DNA from: the human T2T-CHM13v2.0 reference genome, Homo sapiens
Length of the DNA: 64,000 nt
Reading direction: 5' to 3' (one strand)
NCBI RefSeq assembly: GCF_009914755.1
Contig: NC_060930.1
Made by a program: the position numbers and the translations under genes. Shown piece by piece: positions 56,555-64,000 of the stretch. Within the stretch, counting starts at the first letter, position 1; each line of letters opens with the position of its first letter. A model generated the notes under the pieces. That model made no database searches, was not told the DNA's origin, and saw only the letters and a program-made list of their open reading frames with translations.

Positions 56555-56592
56555 AGTTCTATGGTGTACATCATGATGAACACCATAGAACT
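56555..56592. repeat. 38-bp near-perfect palindrome
   Basis: AGTTCTATGGTGTACATCA|TGATGAACACCATAGAACT, 18/19 pairs. Confidence 0.95.
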
Positions 56593-59284
56593 GGAGAATG
56601 AAAATCACAAAGAAATATAACTTTTCTAATCTATGCCAGAATGCAATTTCTAAATCCAGGAAAGTATATTGGAATGAGAAAATGGTCTACAATTTGACTG
56701 AGGACTTGAGTTTTTGGTTTTTGGTAAGAGGATATCTTAAGCTATCAAAAATGCCTTCGCTGTTTTGTAGAAAGCTCATTCAGCATGTCAGACCAGAGTT
56801 CATGTGCCCAATCTTAGGTTTGGGGCAAAAGGTCACTATCTGTACTGCTTCCATTTCCTTATGATATACTTTTTTGTTAACCCTTTACAATCCAATTACT
56901 TTACTGTCCTGGAAGACTCTCACATAAGTATAATTTGTGAGGTGGAAGGTCTTTGGGTTTGCCATATGACACAGTTTCAATGAACTTTGACTGCATTGTC
57001 CAATCTGGAGCCTCTCAGATCTTGGCCCTTTCCTAAAAACAGGTTGTATTTGCCACAAATAACTATTTAGGTAATCTGCAAATCTCATGTATTAGTCTTT
57101 TGTTGAAAGTCAGTACAAGTTGTATGGTTTTCGTATGTCTATAAAATGCAAGGACAGTAAAATATAGAGTAGAATAAAGTGAGGGAAATTTACTTTCTCT
57201 CTCTCTCTCTCTATATATATAGTTAAATAGCAAACTGCATGATCTTAATGAGGTAAGAATGTTGTCATGGACCCTACACTAACACACAAAGGAAAGCAAC
57301 ATAGGAGATAGATAGGGCTTCCTCCCCGGCTATTAGGCTGTGCCTTTTCAGAGCCTGTGCTGTAAATTCAGGCAATGCATTTGTCATCCACCTCCAAAGA
57401 CTCAGTGAGTAGTATCAGCTCTGGCGCCCAGGATATTTTGGATAGTGACAGATACCTTCTTTAAGCAGAGGGCAGGAGCAGTGTGTGCAATACCAGGCTA
57501 ATTCTTGGCACTGGATTTAACAGTGATGAAGAGAGAGTGAAGACCTTTCATCAATCCATCTCTTGGCATCCAGCAATATTCATTTTATTGCTGTATAAAT
57601 AATCAAAGCAGTGGCTTGCCTAGGAAGGTGTGTTATTTCTCATTTTGGCACACCTGAAAAAATCTCACCCAGCTCTCAGGGTCCCAGGCCTATGAATCAA
57701 ATACTAACTAGGTCCAGCTGGACTGAACATTGTGCTTCATATGTATTTGAGCACTCTCAGATGTGAACATGGATATCAGTTATCAATTATATTATTTTAG
57801 TCTTTGGCATGTTTTATATTTCTGTGGGATTAAACATCAGACTTTCCAACATGCTTGCCTCGATGGCTTCTGGTGCCTCTTCTGCTCCTCCCATCCTGCT
57901 GAGCCCTTGCACACTGCCCCTCATTGGATGCTTTCCTCTGGTTGCTCCTGAAGAGGGATATATCCCAAGATATGCAAATAATATTAAGCTACACTCTAAA
58001 TGCAAGGATCAAGCTATTTTGGGGCTTTTACAAAGAATTATACAGAAAAGGAGAAGAGATCTGGATCAGAGTTACAGCACTGAAGTAATCATTATATGGG
58101 TGGATAGAAGAACCTATTAATATTAGGGTGGCTGAGATGGTTTCATGAATATAATAAATAAGAAGAAAGGCAAGGAGAGCCCTGGAGATCACATGCTTTG
58201 TGTGTGCACAATTAAGCAGGATTTTATATCGCTGATATTAAAAGAATAAGAAAGATTTAACTATTTCAGGAAGAATTTTCTTTAATGACTACTGTTGAAA
58301 TAGTATCAGTAAACATTCCTTCCTGACTGATCAATCTTTTCTTCCAATAGAGGAGAATATGCCCGCATCTACACAAGACTGACAGTTACTTTGAAAATGT
58401 GCAAGAGACTAAAATGCCTTCCAGGATTTAAATTCTTGGGGATATTTCTGTGATGTTTATCAATTGATTGAAAGCAATTTTCATTTTGAAATAAATAATT
58501 ATTGGAAATTTCACCTGTCAACAGAAAAGTAAACAAAGTAAAAAAAGCAATATTTTCGGGAGATGCACAGAAAAATTGCTTACTGCTGTCACAGTAATTT
58601 TCTTAAGTGCATGGCTCAGTCGTATTAGGTCTTTTTGGGTCTCTATTGATCATTAAAGGCTGGAACATTTAATAAATTAAACATGGCTTATGATATGAGT
58701 TTATCAAATGTTCTTAAAGAGAGTACGTAGAATCAGTTTGAAAACATACTTTCTGTAGTGCTTATTGTTTAGACTCTAGATGTATTATTTATAAGATCAC
58801 ATAAGTTTTAAAGCTCAGTTTATTATAGTCAACATTGATTTCTATGTTGTCATATCCTTGGCAATTTTTGCATCAATTCTCTGTATTTATTTTCTCAAAT
58901 GTGGAAATTCCAATATTTAAAATTACAAGGAAGGAATTTTACACGTAGGTTTTTTTGAGTCATATGTTTTTTCACACATGGCTTAGCCTTGTTTCTAGCA
59001 TATACTAAGTGATAAAAATAAATACTAAATGATTATGAAAAGTAGGACTTTATGCATTCTGGACTGAAAACAATGTATGGAAACATTCCCAAATATATAC
59101 TCTAAGATGCAATGAAGGGTCCTAAAAGCTTCTGTGACCCTGCCTGTGTATATCATCCAGATCTCTTCCAGATGTTTAGAGCTCCCCCGGGTTTATGAAG
59201 AGAACCTGAAGGCAAAGTCAACAAATGTAGCTACTTTGTCTGTCCATCAAAGTACCCATTTATCACTCGGTCCACGATGAATTA

Positions 59285-59899
59285 CAGCAGTCCCCTGTTA
59301 TGTGCAGTTTTACTTTCTGTGATTTCAGTTACCTGTAGTCAACCACAGTCTGTAAATAGTAAATGGAACGTTTTAAAAATAAACACTTGATATGTTTTAA
59401 ATTGTGCATCATTCTAAGTAGCATGATAAAATCTCACACCATTCCACTCCATCCCACCTGGAACATGAATCCTCCCTTTGTCCAGCATGTCTACACTGAA
59501 GACTCACTACCTGCCCATTAGCCACATAGTCGCTGCTCAAGGATCAACTGTCATGGCATTGGAGTGCAGGTGCAAGTACTCTTGCACCCAAATAAAGGTC
59601 CATTTGACTTATAATGGCCCCAGAGTGCAAGAGTAGTGATACCAGCAGTTTGGACGTGCCAAAGACAAGTCAGAAAGTGTTTCCTTTAAGTAAAAAGGTC
59701 AAAGTTCTTGACTTAATAAGTTAAAAAAAACATATGCTGAGTTTTCTAAGATCTATGGTAAGAACAAACCTATCCATGAAATTGTGAATAGGGATAAAGA
59801 AATTTGCGTGTAGTATATATGGGGTTTGTATTATTTGAGATTTAAGGCATCCACTGTGGGTCTTAAAACACATCCCTCTTGCATATGGGGGAGCTACTA
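59285..59899 (+). mobile_element. MER44B (Tigger7-derived) DNA transposon
   Basis: TA-CAGCAGTCCCCTGTTAT start, ATATGGGGGAGCTACTA end; internal GTGCCAAAGAC...AAAGTTCTTGACTTAATAAG. Confidence 0.85.
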
Positions 59900-61180
59900 T
59901 CAATATAGTGGCAAATAATGAGCCAATTGGGAACTGAATAGTGAAATGTTTACCTTGACCCCATGAAGTTTATAGTTTTGTAGGGCACTCACATGCATTG
60001 AGGCAGTCATTATTAGGATAGTGAGTCTTTGGTAGTATTTTACTAATGAAGTATACAATAAGGGCATTTCACTTAGTCTGACTGGTCAAAGCGTTGGAGG
60101 TGGTATCTACAGAAGAAGTAAAATATATAATCTTGCCTTCAGTGAGATGAAAGAGTAGAACCTGTGTCACATCCTTCAGTTGTATAATACACAGGTTCAT
60201 TACCTGCATTGCTCCTCCCAAGTCTTAATATATTCACTACATTACTGAGAAAGCTGGGTCAGAAGCTCCCTTCAGCCTGGCTTGGGGCTCAGTGGTTTTC
60301 CTTGTATAACTCTATTGTACAAAAAGATTGGCAAATGAAGTTCATTTGGTGTTATATATCCCGACTTACCCCAATCCATGTGGTAACTAAGCTACAGTAC
60401 GGTCAGTTTGTGCACTTGCCCGCAGCACAAAAAAGAAAAGCTAAATTTATTTATTTATTGTGATCACCTTTATTCCTTAGTTTAGGTAGGGACTGTTTGT
60501 TTACTTCAATCCAACAATGTAATTCAGTTGAAAGCATTTTATTTTTTTCTATTTTCCAAAAACTTGAGTTTTTCAAATGACACAAACTCTAAAAATTAGA
60601 ACCAGGACTGAGTAGAATCAATCGTACCTATTGAATCAATGAGTGATTTGGGAATTTGGCAGATGATTAAGATCTTCAAATGCTTATTCTTTATTCCTTT
60701 TGTTTTTCAAAGGGAAAGAAAAATACATGTGATTCAAAACTAGCTTGAATATCAAGGATACACCTTTGAAGTAATCTTTTAACAGGTTCAATTTATAGCA
60801 TATAACAGTTGTGAATAGAAATCCATTTTATTTTATAAACTATTTAAATTATTTTAAGTGAATTCCTGTGGCTAAAGCCTTGTGTTTTGTACTTGCATTT
60901 GAACAGACAATATTTTAATGATAGTCATGGTGAACTTTATAGACATTTTTTGTGTTCTTAAACTTCCCCTTAGAGCCTCTCTGCATGCATTAGGATTAAT
61001 TAGATAATGTCTCCCAGGTGCTTAGAGCTTTTTGGAGAAAGGGAACGAAGCATTGTGTTAAAATGATTATTACTGACTTCAAAGACAGTTACATGAGAGT
61101 TCAGAAAGAACAATTTTTTAATAATAGTGACTCATAAATGCCATTGAGATATAGCATTTTATGATGTTACCAGTGGCCAT

Positions 61181-61381
61181 TTATTTTTGTTTTTTTAAAT
61201 TATACTTTAAGTTTTAGGGTACATGTACACAACGTGCAGGTTTGTTACATATGTATAAATGTGCCATGTTGGTGTGCTGCACCCATTAACTCGTCATTTA
61301 CATTAGGTATATCTCCTAATGCTATCCCTCCCCGCTCCCCCGACCCCACAACAGGCCCCGGGGTGTGATGTTCCCCTTCCT
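61181..61381 (-). mobile_element. L1PA4-like 3' end (about 200 bp)
   Basis: TATACTTTAAGTTTTAGGGTACATG...GATGTTCCCCTTCC; endonuclease site TTTT/AA abuts the 5' junction, so the TSD is very short. Confidence 0.93.
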
Positions 61382-61854
61382 TTTAACAAGCCAATTACCT
61401 TCTTTCTTATTCCATTAAATTATCATAGGGAAGGATGTAGAGTTTGCAGTGCCAAGTTACAAGATGAGATGCAATGAATGGAGTCAAAATAATTTCATTG
61501 AATTGGTGAAGTTCATCAAAGGGGCATAGAATGATGTTATCCTTGGTCTCTCTAGAAGCATTGGGTTAGTGGTACCCAATAAAAGGCCAAAAGCAGATAA
61601 AAGTTTATCTAAGAATTTTGCTTCTTATCGGTTTCAAGAATAGAGGGTAGATGGAAGTGGTGCCACTAAAGGAGGAAACTCAAAGTAGTCAAAAGTGCCA
61701 TGTGACAATTAATCACTAGTACCTCCTACAGACTGCCTGGGAGGGGCCAAGAAGCAGACTCCTGGACTAGGTGGTAGGTTATAGTCCATTTCTCTATAGG
61801 GTTTATTGAAAATGCAGCAATATCAATAATACTTTTAATAATGATTATTTTGGT

Positions 61855-62040
61855 ATAACACTTTAAATTTTACAGAATTTTCACACACGTATTATTTGAC
61901 CCTCAGAACAACACTGTGAAGTAGGTGTTACTCTGACCATGTTATAGATGAAGAATCTGAGGCTCAAATAATTTACTGATGTTTTCAGAGATACGAAATT
62001 TATAAAAGACGTAGGAAGGATTGGAACCAAGCTTTTCTTA
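61855..62040 (-). mobile_element. MIR (MIRc/MIR3-like)
   Basis: ATTTGACCCTCAGAACAACACTGTGAAGTAGG...ATAGATGAAGAATCTGAGGCTCA. Confidence 0.8.
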
Positions 62041-62830
62041 TACCAGTGAGTGCTCATTTGTATACACAACTATGGGATGGTAGCTCCCCCTTGGGTAAGC
62101 TAGAACAAGTAGTAATGTGGGTGTGTGGAACTCTGTAGTTGATCTTACGACATGTTTTATGTTTATTATCCATTTATTTTCACTAACCTCTTCCTGATGA
62201 TATTAACCAAACCTCGAATTTACAAGAAAGTCTTCTTTTCCAAGTGTGTTTCAACTGCCTTTCATTGTACCTACTCAATACTACTCTGTTGTTGTATAAA
62301 GGACCACCTGATAGAAAAGCTACAGAAATGAATAAAATGAAAAAATGAGTAAAACACTTTTGTCCAAAAGTACAACAATATAAGCTTCACAACAAAAGCT
62401 ATACCAAAAGAATAAGGTGTTTGTATGAGGAACTATGGGGGATGGCAGAATATGGCAAATACCCTCAGTTATCTTACCAAAACAAGTACTTAAAGATATT
62501 CAAAGAGTGGTAGAGGTCATTTTCAGTTAGCATCTGGATGAAGAAAGTCAGGGGACAAAAAGTCTTGTATTAGAGGGCATATGTGAGACAGATGTTTATC
62601 TGCAGGGTTTAACTCTTTTGGTTAATCTCTACTCCAGTGGTCTGAATGTAGGAAATAGAAAAGGATAAGCAAGTGAAGACTCAGAAATTCCAATGGAGGC
62701 CAACTGAAAAGAGAGGGAGAGTACGGGATGGAGAGAAGGTGAGGGGGCATAAAATGGAATGGGTAGAGATGTGGATGAGGGAGGAAGAAGTTAAATGGCT
62801 AAGGTGTGGTAAGAAGCAATTATAATTAAC

Positions 62831-62998
62831 TTTTAAATTTTATTTTATTATTATATTTTAACTTATATTTTAATTTCAGGGGTCAATGTGCAGGATTGTT
62901 ACATAGGCAAACTTGCATCATGGGAGTTTGTTGCACAGATTATTTCATCACCCAGGTATTCAGCCTAATACCCGTTAGTTATTTTTCCTGATCCTCTC
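62831..62998 (-). mobile_element. L1PA (about PA11-PA13) 3' end
   Basis: ATGTGCAGGATTGTTACATAGG...CAGATTATTTCATCACCCAGGTATT...TTTTTCCTGATCCTCTC. Confidence 0.85.
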
Positions 62999-64000
62999 TT
63001 AAAATTTAACATCTGGGGTGGGGGCCTACAATGTGTGCGACAATACAATAAGCAAGTGAAAATGCCAAACTAGAGGAGAAAGCTCACAGCTCCAGAGGTG
63101 AGGTGGAAAACGGTTGAAAGGAAAAAATTGAATACATTGTTAATCACACATCTCTTCTTTGTCTGTGACATCAGCATTTGCTAAGCATTAAACACCACCT
63201 GTCTTAAACCTCGGCAACAGGCTGTTTGCTATACCTCCATAGGCATAGGTAGAATCACTACATTATTAAGTTCCCAAAGTCCTTGTCAAAGACAATTTAT
63301 GATTCTGGCAGCCCCCAAGGAGAGGCAGTTTTCTTATCTTGTTTAAGCAGTGCTCTCTGCTTAATCCTTTCTGTGTTTCTAATGCACAAGAAGAGCTAGT
63401 TTCCTAAGGAGTGGATTTGGTCCACTCAATTTTTAGATAATTTTTCCTTCTGGAAACAGTCTCCTTTCTGTGGTAATGTTTGAAATGGGTGCAGGAATGA
63501 GAATTTTAGATTGTTTCTAAAAGGCTTGAGGAGGAAAAACATATATATCCAAGAATCATTAAGTTTTGAATCTGGATTAGTCTGACAGTTACAAGGTTCT
63601 AGGACTGGTGAGTTCATTGTGTTACAATTGTTACCCATACAAATTTCAAGGTCCCTGAGACTGGTGAGAACAACAGTAAGACTGATGATTAAAAATTTAA
63701 AACTATTGGAAGATGGTACAGTCTATGAGTATAAGGAAGGGAAGAAAGTAGTTAATAAATTGATTGCATGAATAGAAACAATGAATATTTCTATCTGGTA
63801 AAGCATTTTATATGTATTATCTATGTCATCTTCACAACAGTACTTCAAAGAAAAGTCATAGTGAGAGTCATTGGAATTTGGATAAAATCAAATTAGGTGT
63901 AGGTGGGGAGATAAGTTTCAGTCCCAGGTCTTCTGATGCAAAGGCTTGTTTTTCTTTCATTTTACATTACCTCTTTAGTAAGTTACCAAGAGAACAAAGG

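Noticed and set aside
60776-61400. Possible 3' transduction for the L1PA4-like element at 61181
   Set aside because: The upstream CTTTTAACA match is short and lacks a second poly-T; TTTT/AA at the 5' junction is explained by a very short TSD.

Overview
AT-rich, CpG-depleted primate (hominoid/human-like) nuclear DNA, judged from AluY/AluS, L1PA, THE1C and MER1A elements. I see no CpG island, RNA gene or credible protein-coding gene: the ORF track is explained by Alu, L1 ORF2 fragments, THE1 internal sequence, simple repeats and chance. The window reads as a large intron or intergenic region. It holds 9 Alus (most with TSDs), young and old L1 fragments, a complete THE1C provirus, solo LTRs, DNA transposons (Tigger3a, MER1A, MER44B, MER103-like) and MIR/L2 relics. 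I found no new multi-gene system. The strongest observations are: (1) an L1-mediated 3' transduction that carried about 800 bp of foreign unique sequence (38177-39180); (2) three 5'-inverted L1 structures with unusual junctions; (3) a diverged ~85-bp local duplication; (4) several near-perfect palindromes; (5) a left-monomer-only Alu inside MER1A; (6) a repeat-poor block with a candidate alternative first exon (19063-19155); (7) a PU.1/ETS-RUNX motif cluster (46899-46926). Repeat subfamily names come from recalled consensus sequences, not from a run search.
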